In this document: in pieces, positions 37,040-51,169 of the stretch
Numbering within the stretch: the first letter of the stretch is position 1
Layout: each line of letters opens with the position of its first letter
Assembly: GCA_951406725.2 (NCBI GenBank)
Contig: OX597816.1
Span: 140,058,001 to 140,122,000, forward strand
Direction: 5' to 3'
Length of the DNA stretch: 64,000 bases
From: Octopus vulgaris
Lineage: Eukaryota
Program-made: the position numbers and the translations under genes
The notes under the pieces: model-generated
What the model saw: the letters and a program-made list of their open reading frames with translations, nothing else
Told to the model about the DNA's origin: nothing
Databases searched by the model: none

Positions 37040-38330
37040 AGACAGAGATGAAATTGTCTATAGAAACAGAAGCATGTAGAAAATTAAGGGGGCGGTCAGA
37101 GATGGTGAAAGGGAAATTTAGTGTTGGTGGAAAATGTTAAGAAGATGAATGAGGGGGGCTTTCTTTAATGACCGAGATGTTGCCGATACAGTGGTCAATA
37201 TAACTCGGAAATCGGAACAATGCCCAAGAAAATTTTGGACAAAATTGGGGCTCACGGGGATGTCCATGACTATAATTCACTGGATCAATTCAGAGAAGTG
37301 GAGAAGTATATGGCTTTGAGTTCGAATGAGGAGTGACCGTCAAGTGGGAATTTTGAGGTGGAAGATGATAGTATTTCATAATGTTTAAAATGATGATAGT
37401 GTTGGCTGTGGGTAGAAGTGTAGAAATGATGGTCTGATCTAGTGCATTGTGATGTAAGCATATATTTGTTTATGAACGTTATGTCTTCTGTGTATTTTAC
37501 AAGAAAACTATCGGCTACTGAGCTGGCGGAATGCTTCCTCCCGTCAAGTTTTGAATGCATTGTCCCTGTCTTCCTATTGAATGGCAATGCTACTGGAGCA
37601 CAGTGAGATGTTAAGATATTTCTGTTGCTTCCAGAAGTCTAAATAATTCATATCATGGTGGCTTTTCATGGTAAGTAGTACAAGGAATAAAACTGCCGTC
37701 GCCTGAACTCTTTAAATTTGTCAGGTGCCAACGTCTTGCATACTCTATTGTGAAAGGAATCACACAATATTGGTGCAAACTCATTCACAGTACACATCAG
37801 TGGGGGTGGAATGGTGACGTCTGCTCAGGGTAGAACACTCAACGCCAGAAAGCGGTAAATTCTTTGGTAAAGTAACCCTGGTATATGACGATATGGTAGT
37901 TGTGGGAGGTAGACGAAAGTGCTGACGGAGGTTAACCGTTTCTATGTAAAAAAAAAAATGAAGAAAGCAGAAGAGTTACCCGATAAAATGATAAATGTAG
38001 AAGGTTGTAGAGTAAGCAAAAGCAAGATTGTAGGGGAGAAACAGAAGACAACGAGAATGTCCGATTCATGGCCAAGAGTATGTCGTTTAGCGCACACGAA
38101 TCGCCAAAACAAGATATTTTGGATGCATTACAACGGCTCTGGTGAGAAGTCAGAAAGGTTAAAATGAAGTCTGAAGTCAAATAAGTTGAAGCTGTGGTTG
38201 CAATAATATATTTTCGGGAAGAGAGCAGAGATACATAGGGCTGTACGGCAAAAGGCGGGAACTATGGGGAGCGCATATTTGAGTTTGTGATATAAAGTGT
38301 AACATGAAACAATGTTTAGATCAGGATCGT
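37040..38330 (-). mobile_element. Highly degraded Penelope-like RT remnant
   Basis: Broken peptides resembling RPIVS, SSFELK..Y, IVMDIPVSPNF, YIDHCIG and FTISDRPLNFLHASVSI, in the order of PLE RT motifs. Confidence 0.45.
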
Positions 38331-39775
38331 TATAAAAATAAATTGCGTAGATTATGTTGAAATAAGGTAAAATAAGGTAAAATTGTATAAACTTTCCCAT
38401 TGGAAAGTTTGTACAATGTCATTAAGCTGATAGTTGTGGCAAGTTGACAGTTTAGCATTCTTAGCTCTTGACCTCCAACAGAGAGTAGAGAAAGATGAAT
38501 CTGGTATTGTAAAGAAGAGGTATGGGAATGATGAGGGAAGTAAGTGAGGAGCGCCAGATAGAAAATGGTGAGGTAGAGAGGAAATAAGGAGGGAGAGGCG
38601 ATTAACAAGAACATGAGACCAACACGATACTGGCGAGAATAGAAACATCATTGTGTGCGTGTGTATGAGCGTGTGCATGTGCGCGTGCGTGTGATGGTAC
38701 ATTTATAGTTTGTTGCTCTCTTCTCAACTTTACAAACATAGATGTGTAACAGTAATATTTAAGATGTTCGCGTACTCAAACGTGGAAAAAAAAAACCTTC
38801 ATTACAAAAATTGTCTTGGGAGAGAATTTCTCCTTATAGACAATGTATATGAAACATCCCAAGGTGGGCTTGACTGATGTTATCTGACTGCAGCTTACAT
38901 CGTTATGTCATTGGCCATGGACATCGAATCCGCCATGCTGAAGCTACTAAGAACTGCTGGTCTTATATTTGAAAAGAAAATAATTAATCTGCTGATGTGT
39001 GCAAAGCTTTGTCGCACTGGAATTAATAAATCAGAGGCACTCTAAAATGTCATTCATAGACTAGTGCCTTTTAACACACATTGTTTACAGCGAATAACAC
39101 TGTAACAAAATTTCTATTTTATTTTTATTTATTTGTTGTCATTGGTCAGTAAATGTTATTTCCTACTTGCTTCTATCTAGATATCAAAGGAAACGACTAT
39201 TGTTCCCTTCAAACTTTGCTTTTGTGACCGGGACATGAATGTTTTAAAATTGATATATTTTGCTTTACATTTTACAGATTCAGCGCTGAGTTGCTGACGG
39301 AGAAATATCGTTATAGCAAATATTCCACTCAATACCACAGATTTGCTTGTCAGTTGCTTGACCATAACCACTTGAGCATGTCTCTTAGTGGCTGACAATA
39401 TGTGCATCTCTGATGATGAGCCGTGGTAGTGTGGGAGCATCATAGCCATGTGTTGAGCGGGTTGTTAGTGGTTTGAATAAATGCAACAAAAGTAAAGTTT
39501 GAAGGAAATATTACCTATTTTTCATATTTTTTAGGAGTAAACAAATAGGAAATAACAGTAGCTACCTAAGGACAAAAATCGTGTTACTGAGTGTAATTTT
39601 CGCCTCGTCACATCGGTTAAAGCATCTTCCGTGGATGCGTGGTTAAGAAGCTCACTTTGCAACCGCGTGGCACTTTGGGCAAGTGTCGTCTACTATGGCC
39701 ACGGACCGACATTTGCCTTGTGACCGAATTTGGCAGACACACACATATAATACACACATACACACACACACATAC

Positions 39776-39808
<33 letters not shown>

Positions 39809-40131
39809 TACACACACACAAACACATATATATATATATAATATACATACATAATACACACACACTCACATATAAAATCTATTCCTTCAATATGCACGCA
39901 ACATTCAAAACGCTGCCAAAATACTCCCTGGATTTACCAGGGATTATATTTAAGGACCTAAACCATCACAGAAGTATTGACTAACCTCCATACTCTCTGG
40001 AAGATGAGCAGTGAACTTTATTCTCCAGTTTATATTTTTTTATCTATTGTTTTGACACTTTATTCTTCTATCTACTATTTTATTCCTTTCTACACTGAAT
40101 TTTCTGTCTAGAACTTTCCTACATTCTCACC

Positions 40132-40215
40132 TTGATTCTGATGAGGAAAAGTATCCAGTGTATGGAAATGCAAAAACCTATCACTTGGGATATCCCAGAA
40201 ATAGCTGTAAGACAT
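40132..40215 (+). ncRNA. Degenerate type I hammerhead motif in a Penelope-like 3' repeat
   Basis: CTGATGA (40138-40144); imperfect long stem II TATCCAGTG/CACTTGGGATA; GAAA-TAGCTG-TA (compare GAAACAGCTGTT at 56334); stem I only 2 bp; AATAAA downstream. Confidence 0.5.
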
Positions 40216-40406
40216 CCAATGATTAATTAATTAATTAATTAATTAATTAATTATTTCAAATTCATATTACTCTAATAAAATATTCTAAGTTGAGACACTG
40301 GTCCTGCCTTGGTTTTGTTGTCCTTCCTCCAATATATATAGATACATCTATATATTTGTGAGTTTGTGCGTGTGCATGTGCGTGTGCGTGTGCATGTGAG
40401 AGTGCA

Positions 40407-40437
<31 letters not shown>

Positions 40438-40526
40438 ATTCATATATAAATATCCAAACTCTGCATACCCAACCGTTTATTTATATATTATTTATATTAT
40501 TATATGACCGAACGTTATATATACAC

Positions 40527-40671
40527 AGGCGTTGCTTCCCAACCACATGGTTCTGGGTTCAGTCCCATTGCGTGACACTTTGGGCAAATGTCTTCTGCTA
40601 TAAAATCGACCAAAGCCTTGTGAGTTGATTGGGTAGACGGAAATAGAAAGAAACCCGTCGTATATATATGT

Positions 40672-40708
<37 letters not shown>

Positions 40709-40922
40709 TTTGTGCCTGTGTCTGTCTCCTACCATCGCTTGACAACCGATGTTGATGTGTTTATGTCCCGGTAACTTAGCGGTTCGGCAAAAGATAGCTA
40801 TAGAATAAGTACCAAGCTTACAAAGAATAAATCCTGGGGTCGATTTGTTTGACTAAAAGGCGGTGCTCCAGCATGGCCGCAGTCAAATGACTGAAACAAG
40901 TAAAAGAATAAGAATAAAAGAA
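40527..40922 (+). mobile_element. SINE family A
   Basis: Family A head, internal (TG)n and tail. Confidence 0.92.
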
Positions 40923-41865
40923 TATATATATATATATAATATATATATATATTATATATATATAATATATATTATATATATATATATATATTATATATAT
41001 AATATATATATATATAATATACATAATATATATATAATATATATAATATATATATAATATATATTATATATAATATATATATAATATATATTATATATAT
41101 TATATATATTATATATATATATATATATTATATATATATATATGCAGAGAATTAGAGAGAGAGGGGGGAGAGAGAGGGGAGGGAGGGAGAGAGAGACAGT
41201 TAAGATGAAGGTGGCAAAATAAATATATACATTCTACATCTAACATCTAATCCTTAATCTATCTGTCTGTCAGTCTGTCTCTTTTCTTTCTCTCTCCCTC
41301 TCTCTTCCTTTCTCTCTCTCTCTCTCTCTTTCTCCTTTCATGTCCACATACATAACACACACGTACACCCATTTATACACACAGACACATACATACATAC
41401 TTTCAATCACACACACACACGCGCTCACATACACTCATTCACACACACGCGCCAAAACAGGCGCAAACTCACGCATACAGTTAAGAAAGCAATAAGTGTT
41501 GACACCCTTTGTATTTTATTAAATTCCCAATAACAATATTTTATCGTTTGGGATTGTTATTCATATGCAACTTCAGCGGCATCAGATAACTGCCAATTGT
41601 ATAAGAGATGGAAAAGAGAAAAAAAGAGCAAAAACAAAAGCGTGAAGGAGGAGGATGTAGAATAATATATATATTTTACATATGCAGACAAGCATCCTGA
41701 CATGATGATGGCCGAAGTGGCTGATGTCGCTGTTCTATTTATTCACACACATTTATATATATAGATGTATTTTGTATACGTTAGACACGTGAGGCTCTTT
41801 ATTTTATCCGCTGGGTGTTCGCGCAAAGAAATTTTTCTAGAAATCTCACCTTGGCGAGATGTATT

Positions 41866-42290
41866 TCTTTTAATCGTTTTAACTTGTTTCAAGTCATTTA
41901 GACAGAGGCCATGCTGGAGTACTGCCTTGATTTGTTTTTTTTTTCCTTCTTTTTAGTCGAATGAAACGACCCTAGTTCTTTTCATTTTTTTCAAAACCTA
42001 GTACTTTTTCTATCGTTCTCTTTGCTGAAACGCTAAGTTATGGGGACGTAAACACACCAACACCGATTGTCAAGTAGTGGTGAAGGACAAGCACAGTCAT
42101 AAATACACACACACATACACATATACGACGGGCTTCTTTCTGTTTTCCTCTAACAAACTCACTCACAAGACTTTGGTCGGCCTGAGACTACAGAAAAAGA
42201 CATTTGTCCAAGGTGCCACGCAGTGGGACTGAACTAAGTACCATGTGATTGAGAAGCAAACTTCTTACCAAACAGCCACACCTGCACCTA
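41866..42290 (-). mobile_element. SINE family A
   Basis: Reverse complement of family A. Confidence 0.88.
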
Positions 42291-42768
42291 TACAAATAAA
42301 TAAATAACGTTACACAGTGCTGGTACATTGTTGGACAAAATCCTTTTGCGATTAACCAGCTACCGCCATAAAGGAGAAAAAATTGCCTTTCATCCTTCTA
42401 AGTTAATAATACTATTAGTGTGATGGTGATGGTAAACACCGTATCTTGAGCGGATGAATGTATTGATTGCCAGAACTATGTGGTGGTTTTAAGAAGCTTG
42501 CTTCCTTACCACATGGTTCTAGATTCAGTCCTACTGTGTGGTACCTTCGGCAAGTAAGTGTCTTCTACTATAACCCCAGGCCGGCCAATGCCTTTTCAGA
42601 TTCCACCTGAACAGAAAATTGAAGCTGAAGGGGGAGGTACTGTCACCCAATAATTGAAAGTGAATGTAGAAAGAATGGCCCGCGTGAATGGGCCGATTCT
42701 AAGTGTGCGCCTGTAGGCCAGATGGAAGAAAGAAGAGAGGGTGCACGATATTATTATCATCATCATCA

Positions 42769-42816
<48 letters not shown>

Positions 42817-42817
<1 letters not shown>

Positions 42818-43028
42818 GATGGTGAGCTGGCAGAATCATTAGCACGCTGGACGAAATGCTTAGCAGTATTTCACCCGTCCTTACGTTCTAAGATCAAATT
42901 CCGCCGAGGTCGAATTTGCCTTTCATCCTTTCGGGGTCGGTAAATTAAGTACCAATTGAATACTGGGGTCGATGTAATCGACTAGTCTCCTCCCCACAAA
43001 TTTGAGGCCTTGTGCTTCCAGTAGGCAG
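42817..43028 (+). mobile_element. SINE family B within (TTA)n
   Basis: GGTGAGCTGGCAGAATCATTAGCACGC...GCCTTTCATCCTTTCGGGGTCGGTAAATTAAGTACC. Confidence 0.9.
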
Positions 43029-43170
43029 GATTATTATTTATTGTTGTTGTTGTTATTAGTTTTTCCTTCTTTCTTCAAATTTTCTTCCGTTTCTCGCCGA
43101 ATGTTTTCCGTACACCTAGGACAGAGGAGCTCATTGTATGCATTCCCAGATTACACACGCAAATTCACAG

Positions 43171-43234
<64 letters not shown>

Positions 43235-43254
43235 CATCATTATTATTATTATTC

Positions 43255-44232
43255 CTTTGTAACGCAATGTAGGTAAAAATGCACTGGTGTCTTTAGTCAT
43301 CTGTCAAGTCACAACGAGGACCTCAGACAGATAATACTTTCCTTAAGATGTGCGCTGTGCCCAATAAGACTGCTTTTTGCAAGACATCAATCTTACATGA
43401 GATTTCCAGTTGCCTAAAGAAGTCTTGAAGTTTCAATGAAATTGAGCCCAGCGCTTCGATCACCACTGGTATCAATTTTACATTACCCTTTCGCATTCCA
43501 TACAGTCTTGCCATTTCCACTTTCATTTCGGAGTACTTGGTGATTTTTTTTTTCAATCTCTTTGCTCACATCATTCATGTATTTTGGTATGGCTACATCA
43601 ATGATCTGACATTATTTGTCTCTCTTATTCAATATGACAATATCCGAATGACGGTGTTCGATTACACGATCCGTCTGAAAATCATAGTCCCAGAGTATCA
43701 TTACTTTTCCATCCTCCTGCATAACTTTACTTGGTACATGCTCATACCAGTTCTCTGTTACTTCATATTAGTATTTACGGCTTAAGACCCAATGAAGATA
43801 CACACACGCTTTATCATGGCGGCGCTTGTATTCTTTTTGTGCAAGGCTCTCACATCCACTTACCGAGTGGGTCACATTTTCCACACTCTTTCCACGGAGT
43901 CTGCATTTCTGGGTGTCAGAAGTTTTATCGATGTTATATTTCACTAACTTTGTAGCAAGAGCCTGATCTTGTGCAGCAATGATCAAGCTTTCAGTGGTAC
44001 GCTTTAAATCATCTCGTTCAAGCCATGACCACGAAGCTGTATTATCCTTAATGTCCTATGTATTCATTCACACTGTCCATTCATTCTCATTTCTTTTCTC
44101 TTCTCCTCGACTCTTTGGTTAAACTCTTCCTTGTCCATCATTTCATCTCCCATATCTTTCATGGCATATTGTAGCAGGTCTTCTTGACTATCAAATACTC
44201 GGCACGCGTTCTCCTTTCACTACTTATACAAA
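43255..44232 (-). mobile_element. R4/Dong-clade LINE 3' fragment (zinc knuckle and RLE), degraded, inserted in (TAA)n
   Basis: LIIAAQDQAL...KCRL....ENVTH..SGC..LAQKEYKRRHD; WDYDFQTDRVIEHR..DIV; IIDVAIP; VLQKAVLLGTAHILRKVL*; 3' UTR abuts (TAA)n. Confidence 0.9.
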
Positions 44233-44252
44233 TATTGTTATTATTATTATTA

Positions 44253-44284
<32 letters not shown>

Positions 44285-44455
44285 GAGTGAGCGAGCAGAG
44301 CATGCCATCAAAGTGACACTGGGGTAAAATATACGAAGCCCAGTATACCCATCATGACTACCCGTCTGATAAGGGTACACCAGGCACATGCATCACAACC
44401 ATATGTGCGCGACATGGTGATCTCATATCAAGATAAACAGCACATTATTATTATT

Positions 44456-44558
<103 letters not shown>

Positions 44559-44606
44559 TTATAATTATTATAATTATTATTATTATTATTGTTGTTGTTG
44601 TTGTTG

Positions 44607-46745
44607 TCGGAGCTCCTCGAGTCTTGCATGCCTAGCGGGCTTACTACTTGCAGCCTACAGTACTATGCTATTTGTTCTTTTCAGCTATCTCATACTTTTC
44701 TGATTATCCTGGCCGTGCCAAAGAGGTAAACCTCTTGTAACAGTTCTGCTGGACACTCTATTCCAATTTCCTTTATATTCTTCTTGATGTATTCTGATAC
44801 TGTTCCCGTGGAACCAACAATAATTGGTACTATCTTCACCTTCTTCGTACTTCGGCTATTTCGTACTTAAAAGGGTTGTATATATCTAAGTTTTCGTCTT
44901 CCTTCTTGACTATTCGTAGGTCAAAGGGGCATGCAAAGTCAGTTATATAGCATATGTGGTGCATCTTGTCCACCACTACTAGATGCGGTCTGTTATGCTC
45001 TAGCACCTGATCTGTTGTGGCTACATGGAATTGTGTAATCCGTTCCTGCGTAATTCTTCCTCGTACCCATTTTGTATTTCTTGCTTTGTTTTCCTTTTTT
45101 CTCTGCTCTCAATAATCCCTCGTTCCTACCTGTCACTAGCAAGGTTTCCTTACTGTAGGCGAGGTATCTCATTAAGCTCTCGAGTTCGATACGCACGCAG
45201 TCTTCCACACTTATCAGTTCCCTTCTTCCATTTGCTCTCTTCATGTATAGGTGATCAGTGTCTGCACGTGGATGATCGGCTCCATGCATCGTTAGGAGCT
45301 TTCTTGACTTCCTGTCTATCTCCTTTAGCTCCTCTTCTGTCCACTTCCGGATTCCAGCACCATACCGAACTCCTGCCACTGCGTGTGAATTTATTGCCGA
45401 AATTATGTTTCTGGCATTCAGCTTTGAAGTCAATATTTTTCTCACTTGCCGCAGGTACTCTCTTTTTGTCTTTTCCCTCACGTCGTGGTGCTTGATTCCA
45501 TCTGCCTCAAGTATTCTCAGGTATTCATAACTGGATTGAGATTGAATTGCCTCCATCAATTCACCATTTGGCAGCTATATGCCTTCTGTCCTGGCAAGCT
45601 TTTCTCGTCTCATCACCATCGTAGCACATTTTGAGAATCCAAACTCCATCTTAATATCATTGGAGAAAATCTACACAGACTGGAGTAGGCTGTCCAGTTC
45701 TGCCTCAGTTTTTTGTGAATAGCTTCAGATCTTCCATGAATAGCAAGTGGTTTACTTTTCCCTTGCCTCTTCCCACATCATACCTCCACTTTGTTTTCTG
45801 TAGTATTTCATTCAAGGGTATCATTCCCAGCACGAATATCATTGGGGCCACACTGCCCCACTGGGAGAATACTCTCTTGATTTTCACCTCTCCTAGTACT
45901 TGCTTCCCTGCCGTCAATTCTGTTCTCCAGTATTTCATGCTATTCCATATAAAGCTTCTCATATTCTCTGGTACTCCATACATTTCCACTGTTTTTATTA
46001 TCTAGGAGTGTATATCATATCGTATGCTTTGCGATAGTCAGCCCATGCTATGCTCAGGTTTGTATGTCTTCTCTTGCAGTTCCTGATAATTAGATTATCA
46101 ATTAAGAGTTGATCCTTCATTCTCCGGTTCCTTTTTCGTCATCCTTTCTGTTCAATGGGTAGCAGCCCACTTTTTGCCAAGTATCTATAGAGTCCACCAG
46201 CCAAAACGCCTGACATTAGTTTCCACATTGGCGGGAGGCATGTTACTGGTCTAAAGTTGGATGCAACATTTCCCTTTTCAGGATACTTGGCACATAACAA
46301 TGGTTTTCCCTTTGTCATCTAGCTGGATACTGTACCTTCCTGCAAGCTCTCATCTAGCTGCTGTGCTATCCTTTCATAGAGCCTGCTCAGCTTCTTTATC
46401 TAATAACCTTGGACCCTATCCGGTCCTGGGCACTTCCAATTTGTGAATTTTCTGAACTGCTTTTTTTTGTCATCATTTCTGTAGTTATCTTTGTCTTCTT
46501 GGACTTCTATATTTCTTAACCTATCCTGGATTTTCTGCTGCCACTCCGCTTCATTATTATGCTCTACAGGCTGGTCCCAGATTCCTCTCCAGACTGCCTT
46601 GCTTTTCCCCTGCATCTGGTATCGTTGTTACGTGTATTTGCCCATCTAGTTTCTGAAACAGTTTCTTCTGATTTGCTTCAAACAATCTGTTTTGCCTGAA
46701 TTGTCTTTTTCTATTATCATATCTATCCAGTTTTGCTTTGGTGAT
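44607..46745 (-). mobile_element. R4/Dong-clade LINE (RT and RLE remnants, internally deleted)
   Basis: NWKCPGPDRVQGY; VNHLLFMEDLKLF (RT motif); EYLRQVRKILTSKLNARN..AINS; HPRADTDHLY; GTARIIRKV*; 3' end abuts (CAA)n/(TAA)n. Confidence 0.92.
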
Positions 46746-47358
46746 GATGAGTTAAGTCGAGATAAATCATGCGCATCACACTAAATTAATAACGTGAACA
46801 AAGGGAAACAGCTATTGGGTCACCTCACCGCCTTCCGACACACCATGACAAACATGCACGCACGCTCACACACACACACATACGCACACATACTCACACA
46901 CACACACACACTCACACACAAAGACACACACAAACATTTTTAATCTTTTGCTGTATACAGTTGTAAATAAACAACAGCGACGAGGATTATGAAGAATATG
47001 TTGGTGCGGTGGTGGTAGCGGTAGTGGAAGAGGAGGAAGGCAAAGAGGAAGAGGAGAAAGGGCAATTTGATAGTGAAGGAAGGAGGAAGATGCTGATGAT
47101 AAGAATGAGCAAGTGGAGAAGGATACCGATGATGACGACGACGATGTAATTTTTTTTCTAGTTGACGGTGAGCTGTTCATAAGAGTATTGTTGTTCAGTT
47201 CCTGCAGCTGTACCATGGTGCTTGTTATTGATGCTGTTGTTGTCGTTGTTGTAGTTGTCATCGTTCTTGTCGCTGCTGTTGTTAAGTTGTTACTGATTTT
47301 ATTGTTGTTTACTGGTGTTGCTATTGCTGCTGCTGTTGTTGTTGTTATGACCCAGGTT

Positions 47359-47944
47359 GGATCTTTTCTGTTTGGTTGCCATCGGCTCCAAAAATTAAAG
47401 TTTACCGAAAATTTTAAAATTTGGCGCAATAATACACTTGTCCAAACTGAATTGCTGGAGTTATTTCATTTTTTTTTTCTAGAAAGTTTAAAAAAAGTTA
47501 TAGACGTTTAAAGTTTGATCATTTTCACCCAGTCAGGAAAACAGGATTAGAAGCTGTCATTTTGTGCTTGACTGCACATTTTGTCATCAACACAGAACAC
47601 AAAACACATCGTCAAATTTGCCAAAACATGCTTCCTCGCAGATAAAAGACTTTTCAAAGACTGCTCGGATTCGCTTATTACTATAACAACAGGCACGTTG
47701 AGAGACAAAAGAGTTCTCCTGTTCCGCTTCTTACTATCGAAACAGCCATGAATGTGTCTGTGGCTTACGATTGGCTAAAATTATCAAGATTATCAAACTT
47801 TAATTATTAATTGCTCTTTATTTATTGATTTATAGCGAAAATTACTTTCACGTCATTTATTAGCCTATAAAAGCGTATTATTACACTGAATATGAAATCA
47901 ATTCGAACAGAAAATTGCCACTGACAACCACACAGAAAAGATCC
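47359..47944. mobile_element. MITE with GG...CC termini and a perfect 8-bp TSD (superfamily uncertain, Merlin-like ends)
   Basis: CCCAGGTT|GGATCTTTTCTGTTTGGTTG ... CAACCACACAGAAAAGATCC|CCCAGGTT. Confidence 0.88.
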
Positions 47945-48741
47945 CCCAGGTTATCTTACATTGAGTTAATCTACAATCAAACACGTCCCAACCATGAGCA
48001 TCCCGTCTTATATTCAGACATAGCATATCTAGTATTACTTTATCCAAAAACCCATTCACATTTTCAAGACTGTGGGTGATACACGCGGAAGATTTGGCTG
48101 TTGTTTTTAACGGGCCGAGAGATCACGTAGATGTTTCCTCGTTACTTCGCTATTGCTGACGTTGTCCTCATTGTTATTGCTGTTGTTACTGCTGCTGCGG
48201 CTGTTGTTGCTATATAGTTGATGTGGTTATTGTTATTGATGGTGGCGGCACTGCTGCTGTTGCTACTGCTGCTGCTGCTGCTGCTGCTGTTGTTGCTGTT
48301 GCTGTTGTTGTTGCGGTTGTTGTTGTTGCTGCTGTTGCTGTTGTTGTTGCAGCAGCAGGCGTTTTAAAGTACAAACCGAATATATTTTCCTGTAACCTGA
48401 TGTCGCTAATATGCAGAGATCAGCTTCGATTAACATAAATATTCCGGGACGGATCATCGGTGATCCGGAGGATAGCAGTAGCAGCAGCAGCAGCAGCAGC
48501 AACAAACAGTAGCAGCGACTGCGAGCGATAACTTACTTGGCTGCTGCAAAAGAAGCAGCAAAGAGGATATACATTAATAGCGAGAGATAATAGAGGAGGA
48601 AAAAGTAGTGAACGGAAAAGTACGAGACGATAGAGGTGACGTAGATGTGGGATGAAAAGATAAGGAACAAGCGAGGGAGTTTTGCGAAAGGAATGCAGAA
48701 GAAAGCACGAACATGATCATAATTCCTAGCTATATGTTTAA

Positions 48742-48820
<79 letters not shown>

Positions 48821-48965
48821 TTTTCTATCTATCTATCTATCTATTCTGTCATATCATCTCTGTCGTTATGTTCTAAATACATACATACATACATATTCAT
48901 ACAGATGGATATACATGCGTATATATATATATATATAAGCAAAACATTCAAATACTGAGATACGT

Positions 48966-49023
<58 letters not shown>

Positions 49024-49165
49024 ATGTATACATATATATTTATACATACATACATATATGTATATATATATATATACATATATATACGTTCATACGTCCA
49101 TACATACATATATACATACATATGTATATACATATGTTCATACGTACGTACATACATACATACAT

Positions 49166-49219
<54 letters not shown>

Positions 49220-49739
49220 GTTCATACGTCCATACATACATATATACATACATGTATATATACATATGTTCATACGTACGTACATTCATACATACATACA
49301 TTCATACATACATACATACATACATACATACATACATACATACATACATACATACATACATACATACATACGTACATACCCACATATTTACATACAAATG
49401 TGTTAAATGGGCTCTTTCAGACGAATCAAGATACACCATATGGTCATCTACGGGTCTACTGAGGTTCCAACTCGCTTTCTCTTTCATTCACTCTCTCTCC
49501 CTCTCCCTCTCTATCTGCCAGTCTCTCTTTCTTGCTTTCTTCCTTTTTTTCTTTCTCTGTCTGTCTATCTCTCTCCCCCCTCTCTCTCTATCTATCTACC
49601 TACACACACACACACACACACACATACACACACACTTATCTTTTATCTTTTATTTGTTTCAATCATTAGACTGTGGCCATGCTGGGGCAAATCTTACTTC
49701 TTTTAAGGCCGGTACTTATTTCATCGGAATTTTATTTTT

Positions 49740-49907
49740 GGCGGCATTTTGTCCGTTTTTACGTTCTGAGTTCAAATTCTGTTGACGTCGACTTTGCTTT
49801 CGTTCTTCCGGGGACCATCAAATAAGCACCAATTGAGCAATGAGACCGATGTAATCAACTTATCTCCTTCCCCGAAATTGCTGGCCTTGTGCCAGATTAG
49901 CAAATCA
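49740..49907 (+). mobile_element. SINE family B
   Basis: TACGTTCTGAGTTCAAATTC...GTCGACTTTGCTTT...GCTGGCCTTGTGCCA. Confidence 0.85.
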
Positions 49908-49917
49908 GTATATACAA

Positions 49918-50191
49918 CACGTTAAGTTACACTCGCGATCATGAGATCGTAGTCTGGCTTTCCAGAAAGACAATGCATTGTGTTTTTAAACAAAACACTT
50001 CGTTTTACGTTACTTCAGTCCACTTTGCTGTAAATGAACAACACTGCGAAGGTCTAACCATCCGATAAAGGGGAATATTGGCCTGCTCGCCTAGCCAGCC
50101 AGGTGGCATTATTCAAATTTTAAAGCGATACAAAGCGTATTGTAATCAGCAAGGTATAACACCATCCGATAGCTCGGTCGATCACGTGATA
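49918..50191 (+). mobile_element. SINE, degraded: head and core like 32988, tail like 12396
   Basis: AAAACACTTC.TTT.ACGTT.CT.CAGTCCACT shared with 32988; TTGGCCTGCTCGC.TAGCCAGC...TCACGTGAT shared with 12396. Confidence 0.7.
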
Positions 50192-50597
50192 TATAAAAGT
50201 ACGTCACAAGTGATTATGACGTAACAATATTTGTAGATTACATTCGTATTTTTTGCACATAATGTTTCAAATACGTTGTAAATGCAAACTTTTGCATAAA
50301 CTGAACTTGCTGTCCCTTGCAAACTTCAGAAAATGTGTATCTATGTGTAAATAAATATTTATGTTACCATTAAAGTATATAATTCAGTTATTTCATGGAA
50401 TAACTAGGTATTCCATGAATTACTTGGCTTTATCAGTAGAAGTGTAAAAATTATTACATTCTATAATTTAACTGGTTATTTTATAGAATAACGATTGCCC
50501 TATCGTTAAAGTTTTAAAGAACGTCCTTTGAACCGGTTATACTGTATTTCCTAGCCCTCTTAATCTGTTGGTAGCCGTCAGGTTGAGTACTCTCTCT

Positions 50598-50990
50598 CTT
50601 TTACTTCTTTCAGTCATTTGACTGCGGACATGCTGGAGCACCGCCTTTAGTCGAGCAAATCGACCCTAGGACTTATTCTTTGTAACCCTAGTACTTATTC
50701 TATCGGTATCTTTTGCCGAACCACTAAGTTACGGGGACATGAACACACCAGCATCGGTTGTCAAATGATGTTGGGAGGACAAACACAGACACACAAACAC
50801 ACACATATATATATATACATATACACGACAGGCTTCTTTCAGTTACCGTCTACCAAATCCACTCACAAGGCTTTGGTCGACCCGAGGCTATAGTAGAAGA
50901 CACTTGCCCAAAGTGCCACACAGTGGGACTGAACCCGGAACCATGTGGTTGGTAAGCAAGGTACTTACCACACAACCACTCCTGCGCCTA
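50598..50990 (-). mobile_element. SINE family A nested in the Ginger element
   Basis: Full reverse-complement family A copy. Confidence 0.92.
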
Positions 50991-51169
50991 TACGTGTCTT
51001 TTTTTTTTTTTTTTGTTAATTTGAACCTGTATATATTTACACATTTTATTTAAAAAGATAAGTCTGGAAGGAGTGAAAGATGAACAGATAAATAGAAAAG
51101 ACGTAATGCAAGAGCGATTTAAATTTTCGTTAAATAAGCATGAGACAAAAGAAAACAAAAGAAAATCGT

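Noticed and set aside
48223-48505. Poly-Ala/Val and poly-Gln ORFs
   Set aside because: (GCT/GTT)n trinucleotide repeat artefacts.
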